From the NCBI GenBank assembly GCA_013202745.1, contig JABMRJ010000062.1, positions 1 to 41,208 of the forward strand: DNA of 41,208 nucleotides. The letters run 5' to 3'. The notes beneath the pieces were generated by a model. The model saw nothing but the letters and a program-made list of their open reading frames with translations. It was not told where the DNA came from and did no database searches. The position numbers and the translations under genes were made by a program. Numbering within the stretch: position 1 is the stretch's first letter; every line of letters starts with the position of its first letter. Below are positions 32,572-41,208 of the stretch, piece after piece. This DNA comes from Candidatus Omnitrophota bacterium. GTDB taxonomy: Bacteria > Omnitrophota > Gorgyraeia > JABMRJ01.

Positions 32572-33326
32572 AGGACCTCTTCCACCCGCGATAAGTCTAC
32601 TGCGGGTTTTACGATAGCCGTCTGATACAGGCCGCTCTTATCTATGAATACGTCTTCAACGGTCCCCACAAGGATCCCCTTGGGTATAGAACCGCCAAGC
32701 CCTGAGGTAATGACAAGATCCCCCGGCCATACATCCGCATTGAGTGATATAAAAACCATCTGGCACTGCCTGCTCAGCGTCCCGTAAAGCAGGCCGTCAT
32801 GGCGTGTCCTTTCGATGAGCACGCCTACCCTTGAATCCGGATCAGTTACAAACATCACCTTTGCGCTGGATGCTCCCTGTTCAATCACCCTGCCGAGAAG
32901 CCCTTTATCTGTAACAACGGCCGTGTACTTTTTAATGCCGTCCTTCTTGCCCTTATCTATAAAGATTATACTCGTCCAGTTCGACGGATCCCTGCCTATT
33001 ATCCGGGCCGATAGGGTCTTGTATTTTGTATATTTTTTAAAATTGAGTAATTTTTTTAATCGGTTATTCTCGCGGATGACTTCGTCCAGTTCAACAAGTC
33101 TTTTTCTTATGATCTCTATCTTCTCTTTAAGGATCCGGTTCTCTTCTGCAAGACGGCTTTCCGGAAATACAGATGATATGACTTTTCGCGAGATATTATG
33201 CGAGCTTTTAAAGACGGGTTCTACTATATCGAGGATTTTGCTTCGTGTGGCGGTAAATAACAAATTGACTGCCCAGATTAAGACAACAGCGGTCAATATC
33301 GATATTGTAATATTATTTCTGTTCAC
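32559..33326 (-). CDS. mreC: Rod shape-determining protein MreC
   Basis: 255 aa. TM segment, coiled coil (ENRILKEKIEIIRKRLVELDE) and beta-barrel C-terminus (GLLGRV.., GDLVITSGLGG..PKGILVG). Confidence 0.9.
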   Translation of the reverse strand: MNRNNITISILTAVVLIWAVNLLFTATRSKILDIVEPVFKSSHNISRKVISSVFPESRLAEENRILKEKIEIIRKRLVELDEVIRENNRLKKLLNFKKYTKYKTLSARIIGRDPSNWTSIIFIDKGKKDGIKKYTAVVTDKGLLGRVIEQGASSAKVMFVTDPDSRVGVLIERTRHDGLLYGTLSRQCQMVFISLNADVWPGDLVITSGLGGSIPKGILVGTVEDVFIDKSGLYQTAIVKPAVDLSRVEEVLCIE

Positions 33327-33343
33327 ACTTTAAGGTGGGTATA

Positions 33344-34429
33344 CTAAGATTCTAACTTGTGGGTTACGGCTACTCTCTTAAGATAGTGCAATTCGCTCAA
33401 GACCTTACCTGTGCCTAATGCGACTGCCGTGAGAGGATCATCTGCAACGTGTACAGGCAACCCGGTCTCCTCCTGTATCAGCTTATCAAAACCCCTCAGG
33501 AGTGCACCGCCTCCGGCCATGATGATTCCCCTATCTATCAGGTCGGCTGAAAGTTCGGGCGGCGTCCTCTCAAGTGTAATCCTTATGCTCTCGATAATCT
33601 GTGCTATAGGTTCGCCCAGGGACTCTCTTATCTCTTCGCTGGTAACGGTAATCATCTTAGGGAGCCCTGCCACAAGATCTCTACCCCTTACCTCCATAGT
33701 TAATTCTTGTTCGAGAGGATACGCGGAGCCTATCTTTATTTTGATCTCTTCGGCCGTCCGCTCACCAATCATCAGGTTATAGGTCTTCTTGAGATAATTT
33801 ATTATAGCATCATCCATCTCATCGCCGCCTATCCTTATAGATTTGGAGAATACTACACCGGCCAGAGATATGACGGCCATCTCTGTGGTGCCACCGCCTA
33901 TATCGATAATCATATTCCCGGCAGGTTCCTGTATCGGCAGCCCTACTCCTATCGCGGCCGCTATAGGCTCCTCGATCATGAAGACTTCCCTTGCGCCTGC
34001 GTGGAGTGCTGAGTCTTTAACCGCGCGCTTCTCGACTTCTGTTATGCCTGAAGGAATGGCTATCACCATCCTCGGCCTTACCAGACGGCGCGAGTTATGG
34101 ACCTTCTTGATAAAATAACGAAGCATACTCTCTGTAATCTCGAAATCGGCTATTACGCCGTCTTTCATGGGGCGTATGGCTACTATATTACCAGGCGTGC
34201 GTCCAAGCATGCGCTTGGCCTCTTCCCCTACAGCGAGTACGTTTGATGTGCCTTTTTGGATCGCGACTACGGAAGGTTCACAGAGGACTATCCCCTGCCC
34301 TTTAACGTATGCGAGGGTACTTGCAGTGCCAAGGTCTATTCCCATATCATTTGAGAATAAACCCGCAATAAAATCAAATGCCTTTTGCATCAATCCCAGA
34401 ATCTTTTTAAACACTGTATTTGCATCCAT
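33344..34429 (-). CDS. mreB: Rod shape-determining actin homolog MreB
   Basis: [20 protein letters not shown].. and full-length MreB resemblance. An alternative start at the ATG at 34390 ([15 protein letters not shown]) matches typical MreB N-termini better. Confidence 0.93.
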   Translation of the reverse strand: MDANTVFKKILGLMQKAFDFIAGLFSNDMGIDLGTASTLAYVKGQGIVLCEPSVVAIQKGTSNVLAVGEEAKRMLGRTPGNIVAIRPMKDGVIADFEITESMLRYFIKKVHNSRRLVRPRMVIAIPSGITEVEKRAVKDSALHAGAREVFMIEEPIAAAIGVGLPIQEPAGNMIIDIGGGTTEMAVISLAGVVFSKSIRIGGDEMDDAIINYLKKTYNLMIGERTAEEIKIKIGSAYPLEQELTMEVRGRDLVAGLPKMITVTSEEIRESLGEPIAQIIESIRITLERTPPELSADLIDRGIIMAGGGALLRGFDKLIQEETGLPVHVADDPLTAVALGTGKVLSELHYLKRVAVTHKLES

Positions 34430-34440
34430 TGCTTTTAAAA

Positions 34441-34469
34441 ATTATAACAGACCTTATTATATGTGTCAA
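34441..34469 (-). promoter_or_regulatory. Perfect-consensus sigma70 promoter upstream of mreB
   Basis: On the minus strand: TTGACA (34469-34464), a 17-nt spacer, then TATAAT (34446-34441). It starts immediately after the aroA stop. Confidence 0.6.
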
Positions 34470-35789
34470 CTAGTTTTTAACGCTGACGGATTCCATGAGA
34501 TCGAAAAATTCAGGGAATGATGTATCGATACAGCCTATATCATTTATCTCAGATTCGCCGTTAGAAGCGAGCGCCGCTACAACGAGCGCCATCGCAGTCC
34601 GATGATCCCCTAAGCTTGCGACCTTTGCGCCTTTAATGCTCTTGTTACCTCTTATCTTAATATCGTCTCCGTCCACGGAGATATCCGCGCCCATGCCCGT
34701 TAACGCCGCGGTCATGGAATCTATCCTGTCTGTCTCCTTAACGCGCAATTCTCCGGCCCCTTTGATCAATGTATCCCCTTCGGCAAAGAGCGCAGCCACC
34801 ATTAATATAGGTAACTCATCTATAATAGAAGGTATCTTATCCTTCTCTATTGAAATGCCTTTTAGGCTGCTATATTTCACAGTGATATCACATATATCTT
34901 CACAACCGTTAAAGTGTTTATTCTCAATGCTGATATCGCCGCCCATATTTGTGAGCGCATCCAATAAACCCGTACGTGTCCTATTGCTGAGTATATCCTT
35001 TATTACAAGCTCTGAACCTTTTAATAGTAATGCGGCTGTTATGAAGAAGGCGGCGCTCGATATATCTCCCGGGATCTCGAACGCCTGGGCCTTCAGCCTC
35101 TGAGATCCATAGAGCGTAACCTTCTGGTCGTCTATTACCATCTTTGCGCCAAAGAGGCTGAGCATCCTCTCGGTGTGATCACGGGATTTAACGGGCTCTT
35201 CCAGCTCTGTTACGCCGTCGACATATAACGCTGCAAGCATTACGGCAGACTTTACCTGTGCGCTTGCAACCTTGCTCTTATATCTTATCGCTTTCAGCTT
35301 ACCGCCTTTTATAGTAAGCGGAGCGAAGTTATCTTCTCTCGCACTTATCCTTGCGCCCATGAGCCTCAATGGTTCAATAATCCTGTGCATAGGGCGGCTT
35401 GATAAGGATTCGTCTCCGGTAAGTGTGGTCTCAAAGGCCTGTCCTGCCAGTATCCCGGATATGAGCCTCATAGATGTACCTGAATTCCCCAGATATATAT
35501 CCCCTTGAGGCTTCTTAAGCCCTCCCAGTCCGGCTCCTTCAATAATAAGGTCCTCGCCTAAAAATCTTATATCCACGCCAAGCCCCTGGAAGGCCTTGAC
35601 CGTATATAAGCAATCTGCGCTTTTCAGGAAATTTTTTATTACTGATCTGCCTTCCGCAATGGAGGCTATCATCACCGTGCGGTGGGATATAGACTTGTCG
35701 CCTTTGAGGCGAATGCTGCCGACGATCTTCTTTATTGGGTTTATCTTTATACTTTTCATGGAAGGCACTATGTCATTCTGAGGAGACAA
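34470..35789 (-). CDS. aroA: 3-phosphoshikimate 1-carboxyvinyltransferase (EPSP synthase)
   Basis: 439 aa. Motifs LKGDKSISHR, LGNSGTSMRL and GDHRTAMAL are typical of AroA rather than MurA. Confidence 0.88.
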   Translation of the reverse strand: MSPQNDIVPSMKSIKINPIKKIVGSIRLKGDKSISHRTVMIASIAEGRSVIKNFLKSADCLYTVKAFQGLGVDIRFLGEDLIIEGAGLGGLKKPQGDIYLGNSGTSMRLISGILAGQAFETTLTGDESLSSRPMHRIIEPLRLMGARISAREDNFAPLTIKGGKLKAIRYKSKVASAQVKSAVMLAALYVDGVTELEEPVKSRDHTERMLSLFGAKMVIDDQKVTLYGSQRLKAQAFEIPGDISSAAFFITAALLLKGSELVIKDILSNRTRTGLLDALTNMGGDISIENKHFNGCEDICDITVKYSSLKGISIEKDKIPSIIDELPILMVAALFAEGDTLIKGAGELRVKETDRIDSMTAALTGMGADISVDGDDIKIRGNKSIKGAKVASLGDHRTAMALVVAALASNGESEINDIGCIDTSFPEFFDLMESVSVKN

Positions 35790-36678
35790 AGACCTGATCC
35801 CCTTCTCTTATACCGGCGTTGGTAAAATCGGGCAATATGGTGGAGGCGGACATCTTTTCATAAAGTTTCTCTACGCATGTACGCGCAATAAGTTTGTCCT
35901 TCCTGTACACATCGAGCTCCATTCCTATATTTATGCCGTCTGCCTTTCCGAGGTTAGAAACGATAAAATCAAATTTTCTGTTCACTACCAGTACGGCGCC
36001 CTGGTTTTGGGGTGCCTCTGCAGGGATCTTCGTGTACGCAGTCTCCACAACAACATCATCTTTGGGTTTCTCGGAAGGGGCCGGCCTGGAGATGTTTAAT
36101 GGTTTTTCGTAATATCTGTTTGTTAAATCTCCTGATTCATCCTTCTGGTATGTACTACCCCTCACTTCTATTCTCTCGAGCTCTACGCCCTTTCTGGTCA
36201 TCATATCCTTGAGCCTGGCTTCGAGCGTCTCCTTGGCGTCCATCAAGACCTTGTACTGGTCATTAAGATCGCGAAAGGCGCCTTCTGCGCTCGTAAGCTT
36301 GTGGACCAGTCCCAGGCGCTCCTCTTTCTCTTTCATCACGTCATCCAAAAGCTCGTCTGACTTTCTCTTCTCTTCTTCAAGCTGTGATGTAAGGGACTCT
36401 TTTGACGCCTTCTCTCTTGCGAGTTGCTCAGAGATCTTCTTGGCCTCATCCCTGGCAGAACTCAGCTTGGACTCAAGATCTTTATTTATGATCTTTATCT
36501 CGCCAAGTTCGCGCACAGTATCTTCCTTGGCTATAACAGCTTTTTTTAGTTCTGCTTCTATATAAGCCCTCTTCTCTTTTTCGGATTCTTTAAGAATAAA
36601 AAAAGCTACCGTACTGCACATAAGGAATACGCTAGCAGTTATTAATAACCCTAAGCCTATTTTTAGATTCTTATTCAT
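35773..36678 (-). CDS. Membrane-anchored coiled-coil protein with a C-terminal beta-rich domain (function unknown)
   Basis: 301 aa. One N-terminal TM segment, about 150 aa of charged heptad-like sequence, a Pro/Lys linker and a roughly 80-aa C-terminal domain (VLVVNRKFDFIVSNLGKADGINIGMELDVYR..IREGDQV). It overlaps the aroA start by 17 nt. Confidence 0.7.
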   Translation of the reverse strand: MNKNLKIGLGLLITASVFLMCSTVAFFILKESEKEKRAYIEAELKKAVIAKEDTVRELGEIKIINKDLESKLSSARDEAKKISEQLAREKASKESLTSQLEEEKRKSDELLDDVMKEKEERLGLVHKLTSAEGAFRDLNDQYKVLMDAKETLEARLKDMMTRKGVELERIEVRGSTYQKDESGDLTNRYYEKPLNISRPAPSEKPKDDVVVETAYTKIPAEAPQNQGAVLVVNRKFDFIVSNLGKADGINIGMELDVYRKDKLIARTCVEKLYEKMSASTILPDFTNAGIREGDQVFVSSE

Positions 36679-36701
36679 ATTATTACGCCTATATTACGTT
36701 A

Positions 36702-36729
36702 ATTATATCATAGAAAGTTAAGAAAGCAA
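36702..36729 (-). promoter_or_regulatory. Sigma70-like promoter (extended -10) for the coiled-coil gene/aroA
   Basis: On the minus strand: TTGCTT (36729-36724), a 16-nt spacer, then TGaTATAAT (-10 at 36707-36702). Confidence 0.4.
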
Positions 36730-36773
36730 GTGAAATGAACACAAGAATAACACAAGAGTACATGCGCATTATG

Positions 36774-36826
36774 AAAAGGTGTGCGGTGTCCGCCGAAGCG
36801 ACAAGCGGAGACGGGTACCGCAGACC
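36774..36826 (-). terminator. Intrinsic terminator after rluD
   Basis: On the minus strand, GGTCTGCGGT (36826-36817) pairs 9 of 10 with ACCGCACACC (36787-36778). The stem encloses a GC-rich inner hairpin with a CUUCGG-type loop and is followed by UUUU (36777-36774). Confidence 0.5.
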
Positions 36827-37720
36827 TTATAATAGTCGCTTCATATCATCCGGCATCTCAGACTTAAACTCCATCATTTTTTTCGTGACCGGGTGCTTAA
36901 ATCCGAGCATGGCTGCGTGGAGCGCATGGCGCTCAATAAGGTTTGATGCCTTGCCATATTTCTTGTCGCCTAAAAGAGAATGGCCGAGATATTCCATGTG
37001 CGCCCTTATCTGATGTGTCCTGCCTGTCCCGAGCTCCAATTCAAGCATTGTATAGTTATCGTAGCGCTTCAAGACCTTATAGTGCGTGATAGCATCTTTG
37101 GCTTCTGTAAAACTAACGGCCATCTTCTCCCTCTGTCTCTTATGCCTGCCGATAGGGAGATCTATAGTACCGTTGTCGAGCTGGACTACACCTTTTACAA
37201 AAGCGATGTATTTTCGTCGTGTAGTCCGTTTTTTAAATTGGTCCGAGAGACGTTTGTGCGTGTAGTCATCCTTGGCGGCAACGAGCAGGCCGGAGGTATC
37301 CTTGTCAAGCCTGTGAACTATCCCCGGCCTCAGTTGTCCGCCTACTCCTGAAAGATCTTTACAGTGCCAAAGAAGCGCATTTACCATGGTTCCTCTTTTG
37401 TTCCCTACGGCCGGATGGACAACCATCCCGGCGGGCTTGTCAATAACAATCAGGTGATCATCTTCAAAGACGATATTCAATGGGATATCTTCTGCTGATA
37501 TCCGCGTCTCCACCGGCGGAGGGACGGTAAACACTACAAGATCCCCCTTCTTTATCCTGGCATGCCTCTTGACTACAGTGTCATTTACGCTGGCATGCCC
37601 TTTCAGGATCAGCCTCTGTACAAAAGATCTGGAGTAATCCGCAGTAAGATTCTCTACCAGAAACAGATCGAGTCTCTTATTATTATCTTTTTCCTGGGCC
37701 TTTAATCTGTGTGTTTCCAT
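36827..37720 (-). CDS. rluD: 23S rRNA pseudouridine synthase, RluD/RluA family
   Basis: S4-like N-terminus and the catalytic motif HRLDKDTSGLL. I placed the start at the ATG at 37720 (METHRL), which follows AGGAG. The track start is a TTG without an RBS. Confidence 0.85.
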   Translation of the reverse strand: METHRLKAQEKDNNKRLDLFLVENLTADYSRSFVQRLILKGHASVNDTVVKRHARIKKGDLVVFTVPPPVETRISAEDIPLNIVFEDDHLIVIDKPAGMVVHPAVGNKRGTMVNALLWHCKDLSGVGGQLRPGIVHRLDKDTSGLLVAAKDDYTHKRLSDQFKKRTTRRKYIAFVKGVVQLDNGTIDLPIGRHKRQREKMAVSFTEAKDAITHYKVLKRYDNYTMLELELGTGRTHQIRAHMEYLGHSLLGDKKYGKASNLIERHALHAAMLGFKHPVTKKMMEFKSEMPDDMKRLL

Positions 37721-38423
37721 ATCTCCTTCTAAGATAATATAGAACAAGGCTAACGGCGAAGAGGATTATATTGATCATCTGCGACATGTTAAGCCCCGCA
37801 AAGATAGTAGTTAAGTCCCCTCTCAAAAAATCTATCATGAACCTGGCCGGGGCATATAACAGGAAGTACAAAAGAAATATCTCTCCGTCAAATCTCTTCT
37901 TCTGTGATATTATACGCAATAAAATATAGATCGATAATAATGCTAATGAGAGATACACTTGCGTAGGATGTCTCAAGAGGGTATCTTTCGCGAATGGTAT
38001 TCCGAAGCAGCACCCATTCATGAAACACCCGATCCTCCCGATGGCCTGCCCGAGAGGAAGATACTGCATTACGAGGTCTCCTGCTTTCCAGAAGGGCAGT
38101 CTATTCTTTGAAAGAAAGATCGCCCCTGCAATGATGGAGGCGATTATTCCACCCTGTATCGCCAGCCCCCCTCCCTGTATGTTTACAATTTCAAGGGGGT
38201 TCTTTATGTAGTGGCTGAGATTTAAACTGACATGAAATAATCTCGCGCCTACCAGTCCGGCTATAAGCAGAAGAAGGAGAAAATCCCATAGAGAATTTTT
38301 TGGGATAGAGTATCTTTGTGAATCCTTCGCTATAAGATAACTCGTCACTATAAAGGCGAGTGATACAAGGAAGCCGTAGGCGTATATGGTAAATGGTCCG
38401 CATTTAACTATTACCGGATGCAT
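37683..38423 (-). CDS. lgt: Prolipoprotein diacylglyceryl transferase
   Basis: 246 aa, polytopic. Lgt signature GRIGCFMNGCCFG. Confidence 0.9.
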   Translation of the reverse strand: MHPVIVKCGPFTIYAYGFLVSLAFIVTSYLIAKDSQRYSIPKNSLWDFLLLLLIAGLVGARLFHVSLNLSHYIKNPLEIVNIQGGGLAIQGGIIASIIAGAIFLSKNRLPFWKAGDLVMQYLPLGQAIGRIGCFMNGCCFGIPFAKDTLLRHPTQVYLSLALLSIYILLRIISQKKRFDGEIFLLYFLLYAPARFMIDFLRGDLTTIFAGLNMSQMINIILFAVSLVLYYLRRRYGNTQIKGPGKR

Positions 38424-38917
38424 ATTTTGGCCTTCTTCCGGGGCTTAAGGATCTGGATACATATAAGCAGTGCTCCGATAGTTATGGCGCTATCTGCTAT
38501 ATTGAATACCGGCCATACGCGGAAATCGAGAAAATCTATCACGTAGCCGAACCTGAGCCTGTCTATAAGATTTCCGAGGATCCCGCCGAGGATCAGCGCA
38601 AAAGCATATCTTGTAATACCGGGCTCTCTCTTAATGCGCGGTAAATACAAAAATGCAAAGATCGCGCAGGCGATGCCCAATACTGTAAAAAGAAAAGTCT
38701 GTGACTTAAATATGCCGAAAGCGGCTCCTTTATTATAAACCAGGGTAAGGTGAAAGATATTTTTTATTACGGCAAGTGAGCTTCCCGATGGAATTACTCT
38801 TTGTATGAAGAGCTTCGCTATCTGATCACAGAACAAGACAGAGAGGCTTATAGTTAAAAGGCGTGGTATTATTCTACCTTCGGTTGTGACTCTTCTTTCT
38901 CCTGGCATTTTTTGCAA
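38411..38917 (-). CDS. lspA: Lipoprotein signal peptidase II
   Basis: 168 aa. Motifs NKGAAFG and FNIADS (catalytic Asp residues). It has the classical position downstream of ileS. The start overlaps the dksA-like gene. Confidence 0.9.
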   Translation of the reverse strand: MQKMPGERRVTTEGRIIPRLLTISLSVLFCDQIAKLFIQRVIPSGSSLAVIKNIFHLTLVYNKGAAFGIFKSQTFLFTVLGIACAIFAFLYLPRIKREPGITRYAFALILGGILGNLIDRLRFGYVIDFLDFRVWPVFNIADSAITIGALLICIQILKPRKKAKICIR

Positions 38918-39252
38918 TACTCGGCGTGTGGTACGGCTTTGAGTCGTTTTTTTGCTATAGACTTTTCACACGAAAGACAATTGCCATAATTCTTATCCAT
39001 TATCCTCTTCAAGGCCTCGTCTATCTTTATGAGTGTCTCACGCTCCGCATCGGCTATGCCCAGCGAAAAGTCTCTATCATAATTGTCAGTCGCCACGTCA
39101 GCCATATGGAAGGTATAGCCTGAAAGGTCGCCGGAAGCATCGCGCTGCGACTTCTTTAGCATCTCCTCTGTGATGCGATCTACTCCGCTGAGAATCTCAC
39201 CGCGCTCTTTTAATAAAAGTTTCTTATATATTTCCGCTTCTTTTTTGTTCAT
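38869..39252 (-). CDS. DksA/TraR-family C4 zinc-finger protein
   Basis: 127 aa. Coiled-coil N-terminus with acidic tip residues and a C-terminal CLSC-N17-CKKC zinc finger. Confidence 0.8.
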   Translation of the reverse strand: MNKKEAEIYKKLLLKERGEILSGVDRITEEMLKKSQRDASGDLSGYTFHMADVATDNYDRDFSLGIADAERETLIKIDEALKRIMDKNYGNCLSCEKSIAKKRLKAVPHAEYCKKCQEKEESQPKVE

Positions 39253-41208
39253 CTCTTAACTGCCTCCTTCGAGTTTGTTTTGATAACATCTCTACACCTT
39301 AAGCAGAGATCTTTATAAACCTCATCCTTCCCTACGCTTTCACTATAATTCCAGCATCGACAGCATTTATCGCCTGCCGCCTTTGTTACCTTTATCTCCA
39401 TCTCCGCCTTTGGCGAAGCGTCCGAATCTATCTCTACCTGAGAGACTATAAAGATACTTGGGAGCTCTTTTGCCTCTCTCTTTAAGGCCTCTGCATATTC
39501 GCCGCTCTTTACCTTTAAGACTACCTTCGCTTCAAGGGGAGAACCTATGATTTTTGCCTGGCGCGCCAGCTCAAGCTCCGCAAGAACTTTCTCCCGGACT
39601 GCAAACAAAGTTCTGTATTTTTCAAGGAGCTTCTTATCACATTTAATATCATCCGATTCCGGCCACGCGCTTAAGTGGACACTATCATCTCCTGCGCCCG
39701 GCATCTTGCCCCATGCCTCTTCGGCCGTAAAGCTTAAGATCGGCGCAAGCATCCTAATCAATGATGAAAGTATAATATGCATCGCACTCTGCGCAGATCT
39801 CCTGGCGTGTGACGCAGCCGCAAAAGTATACAATCTATCTTTGAGAATGTCAAGGTATATTGATGACATCGTTACCGTGCAGAAATTATAGATGGCATGG
39901 TAGATAAAGTGGAAATTATAATTATCATAATGGCTCTGGACCGCATCGATCAGATTCCGTGTTTCTCCTAATGCCCACCTGTCAATCTCGAGCATATCCT
40001 TATATGGACAGACATCCTTAAAATCAAAATCATATATATTGCTCAAGAGATATTTGAAGGTATTCCTTATCTTGCGGTATGCATCTGAGAGCCTCTTGAG
40101 TATCTCTTCGGAAAGCCTTACGTCTTCATTGTAATCGCTTGACGCGACCCATAACCTCAATATATCAGCACCGTACCTCTTCATGATATCCTGCGGCGCT
40201 ATAACATTCCCCATGGATTTGGACATCTTCTTGCCATCACCGTCAACGACAAATCCGTGAGTAAGTACAGATGCATAAGGAGGTCTCTTCTCTATAGCAT
40301 AAGCGGTTATGAGAGAGGACTGAAACCACCCCCTGTGCTGATCAGATCCTTCGAGATAGAGGTCTGATGGAAACTGGTCACGGCGCTTGAGCACGGCCTG
40401 GTGGCTTACGCCTGATTCAAACCATACATCGACGATATCGGTCTCTTTCTTAAAATTGGCACTTTTGCACTTTTTGCACTTTGTACCGGCGGGCAGGAGC
40501 TGTTCAGGGTCTCTTAAGAAGAATGCATTGGACCCTTCCTTCTCAACTATCCCGGCCACATTCCTTATTGATCTTCCGTCAAGATGGAGTTCACCGCAAT
40601 CAGCGCAGTAGAATGCAGGTATAGGCACTCCCCAGTATCTCTGGCGCGAGAGGCACCAGTCGGGCCTGTTTTCGACCATAGAGGATATCCTCCCCTTGCC
40701 CATGTCGGGGATCCACCTTACCTTGCTCTTAATGACATCGAGGAGTTTCTTTCTTAGACCCTTCTTATCTATGCTCATAAAATATTGCTCTGTAGCCCTG
40801 AAGATGATAGGCTCTTTACATCGCCAGCAGTGCGGATATGAGTGGCTTATATCCTCTCTACATAGTAGATCACCCGATGAAGAGAGGTTCTTGAGTATTT
40901 CCGCATTTGCCTTATAAATAGATAATCCTTTAAGTCCTCCCGCAGTATTATCAAACCGTCCCTTCTGGTCAACGGGCATTATAGTAGGGAGTTTATACGC
41001 CCTGCCCGTTAGATAATCATCCTGTCCATGGCCGGGTGCCGTGTGGACACACCCGGTTCCTTCGACATTGGATACATACTCCGCAAGGACAACCCTGGAG
41101 TCTCTTTCAATAAACGGGTGCCTTGCAACCAACCCTTCAAGTTTCTTGCCGGGAATCTTTTTAACGATCTTTACATTTTCTAAAGAAAGTTTAGAAGCAA
41201 CGCTATCG
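39249..41208 (-). CDS. ileS: Isoleucine--tRNA ligase; the 5' end lies outside the window
   Basis: The frame is open to the window edge beyond the track's internal Met. KMSKS motif (KKMSKSMGN) and a C-terminal Zn-binding CCRCWNY..CLRC. It is followed by lspA. Confidence 0.95.
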   Translation of the reverse strand, partial: DSVASKLSLENVKIVKKIPGKKLEGLVARHPFIERDSRVVLAEYVSNVEGTGCVHTAPGHGQDDYLTGRAYKLPTIMPVDQKGRFDNTAGGLKGLSIYKANAEILKNLSSSGDLLCREDISHSYPHCWRCKEPIIFRATEQYFMSIDKKGLRKKLLDVIKSKVRWIPDMGKGRISSMVENRPDWCLSRQRYWGVPIPAFYCADCGELHLDGRSIRNVAGIVEKEGSNAFFLRDPEQLLPAGTKCKKCKSANFKKETDIVDVWFESGVSHQAVLKRRDQFPSDLYLEGSDQHRGWFQSSLITAYAIEKRPPYASVLTHGFVVDGDGKKMSKSMGNVIAPQDIMKRYGADILRLWVASSDYNEDVRLSEEILKRLSDAYRKIRNTFKYLLSNIYDFDFKDVCPYKDMLEIDRWALGETRNLIDAVQSHYDNYNFHFIYHAIYNFCTVTMSSIYLDILKDRLYTFAAASHARRSAQSAMHIILSSLIRMLAPILSFTAEEAWGKMPGAGDDSVHLSAWPESDDIKCDKKLLEKYRTLFAVREKVLAELELARQAKIIGSPLEAKVVLKVKSGEYAEALKREAKELPSIFIVSQVEIDSDASPKAEMEIKVTKAAGDKCCRCWNYSESVGKDEVYKDLCLRCRDVIKTNSKEAVKR

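Noticed and set aside
3690-38403. Minus-strand alternate-frame ORFs nested in real genes (3690-3902, 13219-13410, 29959-30192, 38191-38403)
   Set aside because: Each is fully contained within a longer, motif-supported gene (mfd, rng, rodA, lgt) in a different frame.
1-41208. Genome-wide reassignment or read-through of TAA as an explanation for the two in-frame TAA oddities (24104 and 7646)
   Set aside because: TAA ends many well-delimited genes here (pdxA, argS, rpmA, rplU, rng, pilO, pilN, pilA, pilT, the DGC), each followed directly by the next RBS and start. TAA is clearly a normal stop in this genome.
1-41208. CRISPR arrays, tRNA or rRNA genes, and tandem repeat arrays
   Set aside because: I saw no regularly spaced direct repeats, no T-arm (GGTTCGAATCC-like) or anticodon-arm patterns, and no rRNA-like stretches in the few non-coding gaps.

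Overview
This is a 41.2-kb, AT-leaning window from a diderm bacterium. SurA, a PilQ secretin and Lgt/LspA are all present; the lineage cannot be determined by eye. All of the roughly 43 credible CDS lie on the minus strand, mostly with 0-40 nt spacers or small overlaps. The plus-strand ORFs in the track are antisense shadows. Reading along the minus strand from high to low coordinates, there are three blocks. (1) ileS (5' partial), a dksA/traR-like gene, lspA, lgt, rluD, a membrane-anchored coiled-coil gene, aroA, mreBCD, mrdA, rodA and a B12-type radical-SAM gene. (2) A 13.3-kb block that starts with a 618-bp gene-free, palindrome-dense island. It continues with a HAMP-GAF-GGDEF diguanylate cyclase, pilT, a stand-alone MshEN (GspE N-terminal) domain gene interrupted by an in-frame TAA, two abutting pilB paralogs, pilC, pilA with its own promoter and terminator, a pilin-gene remnant, and pilMNO, a pilP-like gene and pilQ. 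(3) A truncated DUF2344-like gene, rng, rplU, rpmA, obg, proB, proA, nadD, a 47-aa DUF5679-like zinc-ribbon gene missing from the ORF track, rsfS, argS, a 631-aa mini-Mfd, two parvulin PPIases (one SurA-like), pdxA and rsmA/ksgA (3' partial, also missing from the track). I saw no tRNA, rRNA, CRISPR array, transposase or integrase. The regions most worth a second look are: the structured non-coding island at 27001-27546, which holds a canonical-looking sigma54 -24/-12 element inside a 24-bp inverted repeat, a 17-bp perfect hairpin, a 118-nt hairpin with a long-range alternative pairing, and a 20-nt GC palindrome; the c-di-GMP/MshEN/double-PilB module; the split of the radical-SAM/DUF2344 pair by the pilus block; and the rsfS start-codon problem. 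All coordinates and motifs were read by hand, and no database search was possible.
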